Below, piece by piece: positions 55,943 through 64,000 of a stretch of 64,000 bases of DNA (positions within the stretch are counted from its first letter, which is position 1; the number at the start of each line of letters is the position of its first letter). The DNA comes from Acidobacteriota bacterium (GTDB lineage: Bacteria > Acidobacteriota > Vicinamibacteria > Vicinamibacterales > Fen-181). Location of the stretch: the NCBI GenBank assembly GCA_017883185.1, contig JADGOB010000006.1:2283-66282 (forward strand). The letters are read 5' to 3'. The notes below the pieces were generated by a model that saw only the letters and a program-made list of their open reading frames with translations, was not told the origin of the DNA and ran no database searches. The position numbers and the translations under genes were made by a program.

Positions 55943-57289
55943 TTGAGCGACCGCCGCTCTCTGACGGACTGGGAAGCCGACGGCTTCACGCCGGAGGCGC
56001 ACCTGCCAGTGCGGGTCTCGCTGCTGCGCTGGAAACTGGGCCGCAAGGCCAAGCAGGAACCGGGGTTCCGATTCTACAACCTGTTCGGGCACGTGCTGCG
56101 GGCCGACGTGCTGACGGCGGCCAGTCAGCGCGTGCGAGCGAACAAGGGCGGGCCGGGCGTGGATGGCGTCACCTGGGCGACCATCGATGCTCAGCCGGGA
56201 GGGGAGACGGTGTGGCTGGAGGCCCTCGCGGAGGACCTGCGGCGGCACCGCTACCATCCCCAGCCGGTCCGTCGCGTCTACATTCCGAAGGCCGATGGCC
56301 GGCCGCGGCCGCTGGGGATTCCCACGGTCCGCGACCGGGTGGCGCAAGCCGCGGTCCTGCTGGTGATCGAGCCGATCTTCGAAGCGGACTTCGAGGCGTG
56401 CTCGTTTGGCTTCCGCCCGGGGCGGTCGGCCCACCAAGCGCTGGACACGCTGCAGGTGGCCATCAAGGCCGGACGCACCGAGGTCTACGACGCGGACCTG
56501 TCGAGCTACTTCGATACGATCGACCACGGGCGGCTGATGGCGCAGCTCCACCGGCGGATCACCGACAGCGGCGTGCTGCGGCTGATCCGTCTGTGGCTGC
56601 GGTGTCCGATTGCCGAAGAGGACGGCGACAGCGGGACCCGCCTGACGCGTCCCACGCGCGGGACGCCCCAGGGTGGGGTCATCTCGCCGCTGCTGGCCAA
56701 CGTCTATCTGCACGACTTCGACCGCGCCTTCCACGGTCCCGACGGCCCGGCCCAGTTTGCGAACGCGCGGCTGGTGCGGTACGCCGATGACTTCGTGGTC
56801 GTGGCGCGGTGGATGGGGTCGCGCGTCGTCGGTTGGGTCGAGACGATGCTCGAACAGCGGCTGCAGCTCACCATGAATCGGACCAAGACACGGGTAGTAC
56901 GATTGGGAGACCCGGGCACGTCCGTGGATTTTCTGGGGTTCACGCTGCGCTTCCTGCGTGACCGCCACGGACGGCCGCATCGCTATCTCGCGGTCGGCCC
57001 GTCGGCGCGCGCCAGTCAACGCCTGCGCGAGAAGGTGCGGGCGCAGATTGGGTGCGGCTTCAACGGGTCGCTCGCGGCGGCCATCGCGGCCGTCAACGCG
57101 TTGCTGCGCGCCTGGAAGCCCTACTTCGCGTACGGCTATCCCCAGGTCGCGTTTCGGGACCTCAATCATTTCACCCGCGAACGGTTCGGACGCTTCTTGC
57201 GTCATCGGAGTCAACGACGGGCCCGGCCCTTTCGGCGGGGCGAGACGCTCTACGCGGGGTTGCACCGCTATGGCTTTCGTCCGCTGTGA
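55943..57289 (+). CDS. group II intron reverse transcriptase/maturase (no endonuclease domain evident)
   Basis: ORF track, 448 aa. TTG start 7 nt after GGAGG. RT blocks: GVDGVTW, RRVYIPKADGRPRPLGIPTVRDRVAQ, GTPQGGVISPLLANVYL, and VRYADDFVVV (YADD). Maturase X region LLRAWKPYFAYG. Confidence 0.93.
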   Translation: MSDRRSLTDWEADGFTPEAHLPVRVSLLRWKLGRKAKQEPGFRFYNLFGHVLRADVLTAASQRVRANKGGPGVDGVTWATIDAQPGGETVWLEALAEDLRRHRYHPQPVRRVYIPKADGRPRPLGIPTVRDRVAQAAVLLVIEPIFEADFEACSFGFRPGRSAHQALDTLQVAIKAGRTEVYDADLSSYFDTIDHGRLMAQLHRRITDSGVLRLIRLWLRCPIAEEDGDSGTRLTRPTRGTPQGGVISPLLANVYLHDFDRAFHGPDGPAQFANARLVRYADDFVVVARWMGSRVVGWVETMLEQRLQLTMNRTKTRVVRLGDPGTSVDFLGFTLRFLRDRHGRPHRYLAVGPSARASQRLREKVRAQIGCGFNGSLAAAIAAVNALLRAWKPYFAYGYPQVAFRDLNHFTRERFGRFLRHRSQRRARPFRRGETLYAGLHRYGFRPL

Positions 57290-57340
57290 CCGGTCCGTCC
57301 ACAGCTCTCTGCGTCTGCCCTGTGGCGAGAGTGTGTCGGT

Positions 57341-57412
57341 GAGCCGGATGCGGGAAATCTGCATGTCCGGTTCGAAGAGGGGGAGGGGAATCAACCCCCC
57401 TCCCTACTCGAC
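57341..57412 (+). ncRNA. group II intron domains V and VI (catalytic hairpin and branch-site helix)
   Basis: DV: GAGCCGGAUGCGG-GAAA-UCUGCAU(GU)CCGGUUC, with the AGC triad and a 2-nt bulge. DVI: GGGAGGGG-loop-CCCCUCCC with bulged A57406 and a terminal AC. Confidence 0.85.
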
Positions 57413-57463
57413 TGGTTGGAATTCATGCCGGCGTCCAGGGAGGCTTCGCGGTAAGCTAACGCC

Positions 57464-58627
57464 ATGCAGCCATCAGTCGCCGTGTCGGGCCGTGCGGAGG
57501 AGCGAATCCAGGCGGGCCATCTCTGGATCTACAAGAGTGACGTGCTCGACGTGGAGGCAGATCCTGGCGACACGGTGACCGTTCTGGGGGCCCGAGGCCG
57601 CGCAATCGGCCAAGCGCTCTACAGCGACCGGTCGCAGATTACGCTGCGCCTGCTGTCGCACGGCGCGGAGCCGGCGGATGCGGCCCTCTGGCGTCGCCGC
57701 CTCGTCAGCGCGATCGGGTTCCGAGAGACACTGAAGATCGATGCGTCCGCCTGCCGCCTGGTTCATGCCGAGGGCGACCTGCTTCCCTCGCTGATCGTCG
57801 ATCGCTACGGCGACTACCTCGTGGTGCAGTCGTTGTCACAGGGAGTCGAGCGGTTGCTGCCGACGATCACCGGGCTGCTGGTGGAGCTGCTGGCCCCGCG
57901 CGGCATCCTCGCGCGTAACGACGCAAAAGTGCGGGCGCTCGAGGGGCTCGATCAGCGCGTCGAGGTGCTGCACGGCGAGGTGCCCGCCTCGATCACCGTC
58001 CGCGAGGGGCCGATCGAGTACGACGTGGATCCGTGGAAGGGGCAGAAGACCGGCCTGTTCCTGGACCAGCGCGAGAACCGCGTGGCGGCCGCCCAGTACG
58101 CGCGCGGCCGGGTGCTCGACTGCTTCAGCTACAACGGCGGCTTCGCCATGCGGCTGGCCTCGTCGTGCGACGAGGTGACGGCCATCGACATCTCGGCCGA
58201 CGCCGTGGCGCGCATCGCCGCAAACGCGGCGCGCAATCGCCTGCCGCAGATCCAGGTGCGCGAGGCGAACGTGTTCGACGAGTTGCGGCGACTGGAACGC
58301 GAAGCGGGCCGCTTCGATACGATCGTCCTGGATCCGCCTGCATTTGCCAAGAACAAGGCGTCGGTGCCGAAGGCGCTGTCCGGCTATCGCGATATCAACC
58401 TGCGGGCGCTCCGCCTGCTGAAGCCAGGCGGGTTCCTCGTCACCTGCAGTTGTTCCTACAACGTGGACGAGGCGACGTTCGGGCAGGTGATCCGCGAAGC
58501 GGCCACCGACGCGCTCGTGCACGTGGACGTGGTGGAAAAACGCATGCAGGCGCGCGATCACCCCGTGCTGCTGGGCGTCCCCGAGAGCTACTACCTCAAG
58601 TGCTTCATCCTGCGCCGCCTCAGCTGA
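57464..58627 (+). CDS. rlmI: class I SAM-dependent 23S rRNA m5C methyltransferase, RlmI-like (PUA plus MTase)
   Basis: ORF track, 387 aa. HLWIYKSDV (PUA-like N-terminus), QKTGLFLDQREN, VLDCFSYNGGFA, VLDPPAF, TCSCS. Confidence 0.85.
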   Translation: MQPSVAVSGRAEERIQAGHLWIYKSDVLDVEADPGDTVTVLGARGRAIGQALYSDRSQITLRLLSHGAEPADAALWRRRLVSAIGFRETLKIDASACRLVHAEGDLLPSLIVDRYGDYLVVQSLSQGVERLLPTITGLLVELLAPRGILARNDAKVRALEGLDQRVEVLHGEVPASITVREGPIEYDVDPWKGQKTGLFLDQRENRVAAAQYARGRVLDCFSYNGGFAMRLASSCDEVTAIDISADAVARIAANAARNRLPQIQVREANVFDELRRLEREAGRFDTIVLDPPAFAKNKASVPKALSGYRDINLRALRLLKPGGFLVTCSCSYNVDEATFGQVIREAATDALVHVDVVEKRMQARDHPVLLGVPESYYLKCFILRRLS

Positions 58628-58633
58628 CTGGCC

Positions 58634-58661
58634 GGCTTGCGACTGGCGGCTTGCGACCTGC
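58634..58661. repeat. 14-nt (2 x 7) direct repeat x2 (GGCTTGC GACYKGC)
   Basis: ggcttgc gactggc ggcttgc gacctgc, starting 7 nt after the rlmI stop. Confidence 0.9.
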
Positions 58662-58726
58662 GGCCATGCTGCGCCGTGCCACCCAGGACCGGCGGATCTC
58701 GCCCGTCCTACCGCGCGCTCACGGCC

Positions 58727-58754
58727 GTCAGCCGTCAGCCGCAAGCCGTCAGGC
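58727..58754. repeat. heptanucleotide array, 4 units (GTCAGCC family)
   Basis: gtcagcc gtcagcc gcaagcc gtcaggc, abutting the S9 peptidase stop (58757-58759). CGCAAGCCG (58740-58748) is complementary to CGGCTTGCG in the 58634 array. Confidence 0.9.
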
Positions 58755-58756
58755 GA

Positions 58757-61435
58757 TCACTTCTTCAAGTACTCCTCGAACAGCCTCAGGATCCGCTTGT
58801 ACTCGTCGGCCCAGCTGGTTTCCTCGGTGAAGCTGTGGTCTTCGACCGGGTACGGCGCCACGGACCAGGTCTCCTTCCGAAGCTCGATCAGCCGCTGCAT
58901 CAGCCGCACCGTGTCCTGGTAGAACACGTTCGTGTCCACCATCCCGTGGAGGATGAGCAGTTGATTCTTCAGCCCCTCGGCGAAGTAGATCGGTGAGCTG
59001 CGCTTGTAGGCCTCGAGGTTGGTCTGCGGGAGGCCGAGGATCGGCGCGGTGTAGCTGTGGTTGTAGTGCGCCCAGTCGGTGACGGGCCGCAGCGCGGCAC
59101 CGGCGGCAAACACGTCGGGCGTCGTGAAGAGCGCCATCAGCGTGAGGAACCCGCCGTAGCTCCCCCCGTAGACGCCAATCCGCTTCGGGTCCACCTTCTC
59201 GGTCGCCACCAGGAACTTCGCGCCGTCCACCACGTCGTCGAGATCCTTGCCGCCCATGTGCTCGTAGATGCCCGTGCGCCAGTCGCGCCCGTAGCCCGAG
59301 CTGGCCCTGTAGTCAGGCGCGAGCACCACGTAGCCGCGCGCGGCCAGCAGGTGGTTGAACATGTGTTCGCGGTAGTAGTTCTGCGACCAGTACTTGTGCG
59401 CGAACTGCAGGTAGCCCGCCCCGTGAACGAAGACCACGGCGGGACGCTTCGGGTTGCGCTTCGCGCCGACCATTTCCGGCGTGTAGAGCCTCGCGTAGAC
59501 CATGCCACCGTCACGCGCCTTGTAGGTGATGACCTTCGGCTCGATCCACTTGAACGCCATCCACTCGTCGGTCGGCGTCGTCGTCACCTTTTTGGCCGTG
59601 GCGCCCGTCGTGAACGGCATCACGAACAGTTCGGGCGGCCGGTTGATGGTCGAGTAGAGAAGCGCCAGCGTCTTCTCGTCGGGGGACACGGTCGCCTCGT
59701 TGCCGCCCGTCATGGTGGTGACGCGGGTGAACGAACCGCCGTCCACCGGGACCGTGTAGAAGTGGTGCTCGCCCAGGTGAACCTCGCTCGCCGTGAAGTA
59801 CACCTTCGTGCGGTCGTTCGACAATCGCGCGTTCGAAATCTCCCACTTCCCGGTTGTCAGCGCCTTCGGCGCCGGCATGGCGGCTGTCACGTCGAGTGAA
59901 TAGAGGTGCATCCAGCCGTCGCGTTCAGCGAGGAACAGGAAGCGCTTGTTGTCGGGAAGCCAGGTGACACCGCCGCCGCCGAACCCGCCACCACCGAACC
60001 CACCTCCGCCCGTGCCGGTCGAGACCACGCCTTCACGGATCCAGGCGTCGTCGTGCAGGTTGTCGATCGACGTGGCCTTGCCCGTGGCGGGATCGACGGT
60101 CACGAACCAGCGGTCGTGATTGTCCTTGGAGCGGGCCGTCGCGACGCACCGGCCGCCGTCGTCCGGGCACTCCGGCAAGCTCCAGTCGACGATGCGCGGA
60201 ACCGCCGTGTCGGTCGGCTTGGCGGTCTTTTCGTTGCCGGCGAACGCCGACGCGTCGGCCCAGAGCGTCTTGGTCTGCTTGAGGTCGAGGACGGCGAGCA
60301 GGCGGCGCGACTGCGAGTCGCCGACGTTCGTCCGGCCGTTGACCATCTCTGGATATGCCGATTCGGTGACGTAGTTCGGCACGTCCTGGTTGCGGCCCGT
60401 CACTTCCGGCCGCTCGGTCACGGCGATGAAGACGTAGTTCTCGTCAGACGAGAGCAGCATGTCGGTGACCGACTGCCGGGGGCCCGGCTGGAAACGGGCG
60501 ATCGGCTCCGCGGCCGGACCACCGGCTCCTCCCTGTCCGCCGCGGCCGCCGCGCTGGCCCCCGCCCAGCATTGCCAGGGCACCGCGGGCGCCCTGCTGCC
60601 GCTGCTCCGTCTCGCGCTTGAGGTGCTCGATCAACTTCAGTTCTTCCTGGCGCAGGATGCGCTGCGATTCGGTCAGGCCCTGATCGCTGCCGCTGCTCCC
60701 GCGGGCGGCCTGTCCGCCCTGTGCCTGGGCACCACCGCCCTGGCCTCCGCCGCGCTGTCCCGTCGCCGCGGCACCACCCATCGCACCGCGCGAGCCGCCG
60801 GCGCCCGCGCCGCCGTCCGATGCGACTGTCGCCACATCGGTCAGCTGCACTTCCGTCGGTGAGTTGGCCGACCCGTCGAGCGACAGCATGAACAGGTTCC
60901 CGTCACGCATGAACGTGACGGCGGTGTCATTGCGCGCCCACCTCGGGTTCGATTCGATGCTCGCCGTTTTCATGAGCAGGCGCCGCGCGTTGGTGCCCAG
61001 GTCGTAGATGACGATGTTGCCGCCTTCGGCGGCGACCAGCTTCTTCCGGATCCGATCGAGACGGCCGCTTGGCGTAGCGGGAATCTGCCGCACGTCCTCA
61101 GTGGTCAGCTGCTTGAGATCGGTGCCGTCACGACTGACCGAATAGGTGTTGGCGCGGTCTTCGTTGGGCTTCTGCCAGGAGAAGTAGATCTTCGACGAGT
61201 CCGGCGCCCACCGGACCGACGTTGGCGCGGACCCGATCAGCTTCTGACCGCGCATGATGTTGTCGATCGTCAGCGTGAACGGTGTCGGCTTGGCGGCCGC
61301 CGGCTTCGTAGGTGTCGCCTGCGCGGCCTTCACCGGAGGCGTCGGCGGGGTTGTCGGTGTGGTCTGCGGTTGCTGGGCGCGAACCAGCCAGGTGCAGGTC
61401 GCGCAGAGAGCAAGGACGATCAGGAATCGGCGCAT
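58757..61435 (-). CDS. secreted S9-family serine peptidase (DPP-IV/prolyl oligopeptidase-like: beta-propeller plus alpha/beta hydrolase)
   Basis: ORF track, 892 aa. Signal peptide MRRFLIVLALCATCTWLVRAQ; catalytic GxSxG in VYGGSYGGFLT; C-terminal HGMVDTNV and EDHSF (Asp/His region). Contains a roughly 100-aa Gly/Gln/Arg-rich insert. Confidence 0.88.
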   Translation of the reverse strand: MRRFLIVLALCATCTWLVRAQQPQTTPTTPPTPPVKAAQATPTKPAAAKPTPFTLTIDNIMRGQKLIGSAPTSVRWAPDSSKIYFSWQKPNEDRANTYSVSRDGTDLKQLTTEDVRQIPATPSGRLDRIRKKLVAAEGGNIVIYDLGTNARRLLMKTASIESNPRWARNDTAVTFMRDGNLFMLSLDGSANSPTEVQLTDVATVASDGGAGAGGSRGAMGGAAATGQRGGGQGGGAQAQGGQAARGSSGSDQGLTESQRILRQEELKLIEHLKRETEQRQQGARGALAMLGGGQRGGRGGQGGAGGPAAEPIARFQPGPRQSVTDMLLSSDENYVFIAVTERPEVTGRNQDVPNYVTESAYPEMVNGRTNVGDSQSRRLLAVLDLKQTKTLWADASAFAGNEKTAKPTDTAVPRIVDWSLPECPDDGGRCVATARSKDNHDRWFVTVDPATGKATSIDNLHDDAWIREGVVSTGTGGGGFGGGGFGGGGVTWLPDNKRFLFLAERDGWMHLYSLDVTAAMPAPKALTTGKWEISNARLSNDRTKVYFTASEVHLGEHHFYTVPVDGGSFTRVTTMTGGNEATVSPDEKTLALLYSTINRPPELFVMPFTTGATAKKVTTTPTDEWMAFKWIEPKVITYKARDGGMVYARLYTPEMVGAKRNPKRPAVVFVHGAGYLQFAHKYWSQNYYREHMFNHLLAARGYVVLAPDYRASSGYGRDWRTGIYEHMGGKDLDDVVDGAKFLVATEKVDPKRIGVYGGSYGGFLTLMALFTTPDVFAAGAALRPVTDWAHYNHSYTAPILGLPQTNLEAYKRSSPIYFAEGLKNQLLILHGMVDTNVFYQDTVRLMQRLIELRKETWSVAPYPVEDHSFTEETSWADEYKRILRLFEEYLKK

Positions 61436-61484
61436 GCGAGTACCTCGGAATGCAGCAGAGAACAGGGGCTTCGAGATTCTACCG

Positions 61485-62651
61485 TCAGGGTGTCACTTTC
61501 ACCATGATCACGTCGTGTGGCGGGACGCTGGCGACGAAGGTGCCCTTGATCTTCCCCAGGTCCTTCTTCGCCCACAGATCGCGGACGGCGGGTTCGGCGT
61601 CGAACGAGAGACCGAGCTCCTGCCAGGACAGCGCGATCTGCGCAGCCGTCTCACCACGATTGAAGAGCACCAGCGCCCAGGCGTCGCCCGTCAGCTTCTT
61701 CGCCCACACTTCGAGGTCGCCGTTCTTCCGCACGCGGCGTCCCTGCTGAAGCGGGTCCTGGTCGACCGCGATGACCTCCTTGTGGGTCAGGATGTCTCGA
61801 ATCTCAGGCGTCATGCTGCGGATGTCGTTGCCGGCCATCAGTGGAGCCGACAGCAGGCACCACAGGCTGAAGTGCGCGCGATACTCGTGGATCTTCATGC
61901 CGCCGTTGCCGACTTCCAGCATGTCGGGATCGTTCCAGCCGCCGGGACCGGCGTACTTCTCGAGGCCGACCTGCTGATCGAGCAGGCGCGTGAAGCTCGC
62001 CCATCGGTCCTGGATGTCGCCGGTCGTGCGCCAGATGTGCGCAACACCTCGCACCCATGTCCATGGCTGGTTGCGTCCCCACTCGCACATGCTGAACACG
62101 ATCGGCCGGCCCGTCGCCTTCAGGGCATCCCTCATCGTCGGGTAGGCGATCTTCGGGTCCACGCCGTCGGTGTTGCACCAATCGTACTTCAGGTAGTCCA
62201 CGCCCCAGGCCGCGTATTGACGGGCGTCTTCGACCTCGTACCCGTTACTGCCCGGGCGGCCCTCGCAGGTTTTCGAGCCCGCGTCGGAGTACACGCCGAA
62301 CTTGAGACCCTTCGAGTGGACGTAGTCGGCCAGGGCCTTCATCCCCGAAGGAAACCGCTGCGCGTCCGGCACGATGGTCCCGCTCTTGTCGCGCGACACC
62401 TGCCAGCAGTCGTCGATGACGACGTATTGATAGCCGGCGTCCTTCATGCCGGACGAGACCATCGTGTCGGCGACCTCGCGAATGAGCGTGTCGCTGACGT
62501 TGCAGCCGAACTTGTTCCAGCTGTTCCAGCCCATGGGCGGAGTTCGGGCGAGTTCCATCCAGGCCGGCTGACTCTGACCGGAACTTGTGGCCCCAAGTGA
62601 GCATCCAACGATCAGGACGAGGAGCGTTCGACGGATGAATGCGTATGTCAC
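61485..62651 (-). CDS. alpha-galactosidase, GH27
   Basis: ORF track, 388 aa. Signal peptide, then PPMGWNSWNKFGCN, YQYVVIDDCWQ and YLKYDWC, typical of GH27 melibiase. Confidence 0.9.
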   Translation of the reverse strand: MTYAFIRRTLLVLIVGCSLGATSSGQSQPAWMELARTPPMGWNSWNKFGCNVSDTLIREVADTMVSSGMKDAGYQYVVIDDCWQVSRDKSGTIVPDAQRFPSGMKALADYVHSKGLKFGVYSDAGSKTCEGRPGSNGYEVEDARQYAAWGVDYLKYDWCNTDGVDPKIAYPTMRDALKATGRPIVFSMCEWGRNQPWTWVRGVAHIWRTTGDIQDRWASFTRLLDQQVGLEKYAGPGGWNDPDMLEVGNGGMKIHEYRAHFSLWCLLSAPLMAGNDIRSMTPEIRDILTHKEVIAVDQDPLQQGRRVRKNGDLEVWAKKLTGDAWALVLFNRGETAAQIALSWQELGLSFDAEPAVRDLWAKKDLGKIKGTFVASVPPHDVIMVKVTP

Positions 62652-62697
62652 GGCAAGCCTCCTGCGCGCGGACTGTATCAGGGGACGGCCCGGGGCT

Positions 62698-62764
62698 CAA
62701 GGCGGCAGGTGGAAAGGCGGGAAGGCGGGAAGGCGGCAGGCGGAGGGCGGACGGCGGAAAGGCT
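62698..62764. repeat. G-rich 7-8-nt tandem array (RRGGCGG units)
   Basis: caaggcgg caggtgg aaaggcgg gaaggcgg gaaggcgg caggcgg agggcgg acggcgg aaaggc, in the divergent spacer between the GH27 and blaI genes. Confidence 0.85.
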
Positions 62765-62835
62765 CGGGGCGCGAGGTCGCGAATTGGGGCCAGGCCTGTC
62801 TTGCGAATTTTCTCCTTGACATGTGAATTCAACAG

Positions 62836-62851
62836 TACTAATTTGTTAGTA
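62836..62851. promoter_or_regulatory. palindromic operator candidate for the BlaI-family repressor
   Basis: TACTAA-tttg-TTAGTA (6-bp arms) ends 1 nt before the blaI ATG, in a locally AT-rich stretch. TTGACA lies at 62816-62821. Confidence 0.55.
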
Positions 62852-62852
62852 T

Positions 62853-63227
62853 ATGAGACCAACCAGCGTGACGCTGACGCCCCAGGAACTCGAGCTGATG
62901 AAGATCGTCTGGCACAAAGGCGAGGCGACGGTGCGAGACGTCTACGAGACGCTGCTCGAGCGCCGCAAGATCGCCTACACCACCGTGATGACGATGATGC
63001 GGGTGCTGGAGAAGAAGGGGCACGTCAAGACACACCGGGAGAACCGGGCGTTCGTCTACCGGCCGACGCGTCCCGAGCGCCAGGTCGTCCGGTCGATGGT
63101 TCGCGAGTTCGTCGATCGCGTGTTCAACGGGTCCGCGCAGCCGCTTCTCGTGCACCTGGTCGAGGACCGTCGGTTGTCCCCGCAGGAACTCGAAGAGCTG
63201 GAGCGCCTCATCCGCGAGGCTGAGTGA
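62853..63227 (+). CDS. blaI: BlaI/MecI/CopY-family transcriptional repressor
   Basis: ORF track, 124 aa. ELELMKIVWHKGEATVRDVYE...AYTTVMTMMRVLEKKGHV. Translationally coupled (TGATG) to the downstream M56 sensor. Confidence 0.88.
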   Translation: MRPTSVTLTPQELELMKIVWHKGEATVRDVYETLLERRKIAYTTVMTMMRVLEKKGHVKTHRENRAFVYRPTRPERQVVRSMVREFVDRVFNGSAQPLLVHLVEDRRLSPQELEELERLIREAE

Positions 63228-64000
63228 TGGACGTCCTGAGTTCGGCCAACCTCCTCGCCTGGGCGATCCAGGCCGGCGTCATCGTCCTCGTCGCCGCGCC
63301 GCTGCCGCACTTGCTTGGGCTCTGGTCTCCGCGCGCGCGGATGATCTTCTGGCGCGGGGTGCTCGTTGCCTGCCTGCTGCTGCCGCTGCTGCAGCCGTGG
63401 GCCACGCCAGTCGTTGCCGTAGGGGCGACCGGCCGGTCGCCCCTGCGGGCGATTGGCGCCAGCGTAGAAGTCCAGGGGACGACGTCGGCCACCGGTGTGC
63501 CCGTGCCCGCAACGCCGGTCGCGGCCGCGCCGACGAGTGCCGGGTGGACATGGCCGTCGCCGACAGTGGTGCGTAACGTGATCGCGGCGGGCATCGTGCT
63601 GCGTCTTGGCTGGCTCGGCCTCGGGCTCGTCACGGTGTCCCGCCTTCGTCGAGCCTCCTCGCGCTTGTGGCCGCGCCCACAGTCGATCGACAGGGCCGCC
63701 ACGCTCGCCGAGACCGACGCCGAGTTCCTCGTGTCGGCGACGACGAGCCGGCCGGTGACCTGCGGCGTGCTGTGGCCAGTTGTGATGGTGCCTAGCAACT
63801 TCGAGTCGTTCCCGGAACAGGAGCAGACGGCGATCGCCTGCCACGAACTGCTGCACGTGAGCCGGGCGGACTGGGTGCGGAACGGGTTCGATGAAATCGT
63901 CCGCGCCGTGCTGTGGTTCCACCCGGCCATCTGGTGGCTGATCAATCAGATTCAGCTCGCCCGCGAACAAGTGGTCGATCGTGAGGCGGTCCGCCGGCTC
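63227..64000 (+). CDS. blaR1: BlaR1/MecR1-like M56 peptidase-domain sensor; N-terminal 258 codons, runs off the window end
   Basis: Not in the ORF track (no stop in the window). Manual translation: MDVLSSANLLAWAIQAGVIVLV... multi-TM, with the HExxH zinc motif in AIACHELLHVSRADW and FHPAIWW. Confidence 0.8.
   Translation, partial: MDVLSSANLLAWAIQAGVIVLVAAPLPHLLGLWSPRARMIFWRGVLVACLLLPLLQPWATPVVAVGATGRSPLRAIGASVEVQGTTSATGVPVPATPVAAAPTSAGWTWPSPTVVRNVIAAGIVLRLGWLGLGLVTVSRLRRASSRLWPRPQSIDRAATLAETDAEFLVSATTSRPVTCGVLWPVVMVPSNFESFPEQEQTAIACHELLHVSRADWVRNGFDEIVRAVLWFHPAIWWLINQIQLAREQVVDREAVRRL

Larger units (their letters stand above)
55514..57412 (+). mobile_element. group II intron, compact (IIC-like size), apparently full length; 5' boundary tentative
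   Basis: GTGCG at 55514-55518. D3-like region cgtagtagcgaggaagcggggtaacgcccgtggagcgaagggg (about 55858-55902). RT/maturase ORF in domain IV. Domain V at 57341-57373. Domain VI has a bulged A at 57406, and the 3' end ...CGAC is at 57412 (branch A at -7). Confidence 0.75.

Noticed and set aside
55163-57394. 743-aa minus-strand ORF spanning the rpiB upstream region and the whole intron
   Set aside because: It is antisense to the group II intron RT, whose motifs are unambiguous, and its translation is Arg/Pro-rich junk.

Overview
This is a gene-dense, high-GC bacterial chromosomal segment (roughly 65-70% G+C by eye, not computed) with many 1-4 nt start/stop overlaps.

Layout:
(1) 1-14584, minus strand: a 12-gene, translationally coupled glycan-assembly cluster. 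It holds a capsule-synthesis-like protein, a GT9, two GT-C (ArnT/PMT-like) membrane transferases, four polyprenyl-phosphate-type GT2s, two GT4s, a DegT aminotransferase and an atypical SDR.
(2) ychF.
(3) 15895-30734, plus strand: the division/cell-wall cluster mraZ-rsmH-ftsL-ftsI-murE-murF-murD-ftsW-murC-ftsQ-ftsA-ftsZ. It has a recognisable promoter and a triplet of MraZ-type boxes, but no mraY, murG, murB or ddl in their usual slots.
(4) Housekeeping genes: radical SAM, acpS, pgeF, rnhA, tRNA(CAT), mutS2-dnaG-rpoD, larB, lepA-lepB, hutI, yggS-divIVA, dinG, rpiB, rlmI.
(5) A complete-looking compact group II intron (RT/maturase ORF plus domains V-VI) in the rpiB/rlmI intergenic region.
(6) A secreted S9 peptidase, a GH27 alpha-galactosidase, a blaI-blaR1-type pair running off the window end, and a second, orphan blaI-like gene.

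The most unusual signal is non-coding. At about ten gene junctions the spacer DNA is built from in-phase heptanucleotide tandem arrays (STRR-like). Some give G-quadruplex-type G-tract runs in the transcribed sense. Others form inverted pairs between convergent genes. A 9.5-copy 20-bp minisatellite abuts the rpoD stop codon.

I saw no CRISPR array, rRNA, prophage or recognisable defence island. Taxonomic guess, inference only: an Acidobacteriota-like soil bacterium. Many long ORFs in the supplied track are antisense shadows or chimeric N-terminal extensions typical of high-GC DNA, and I trimmed or rejected them.
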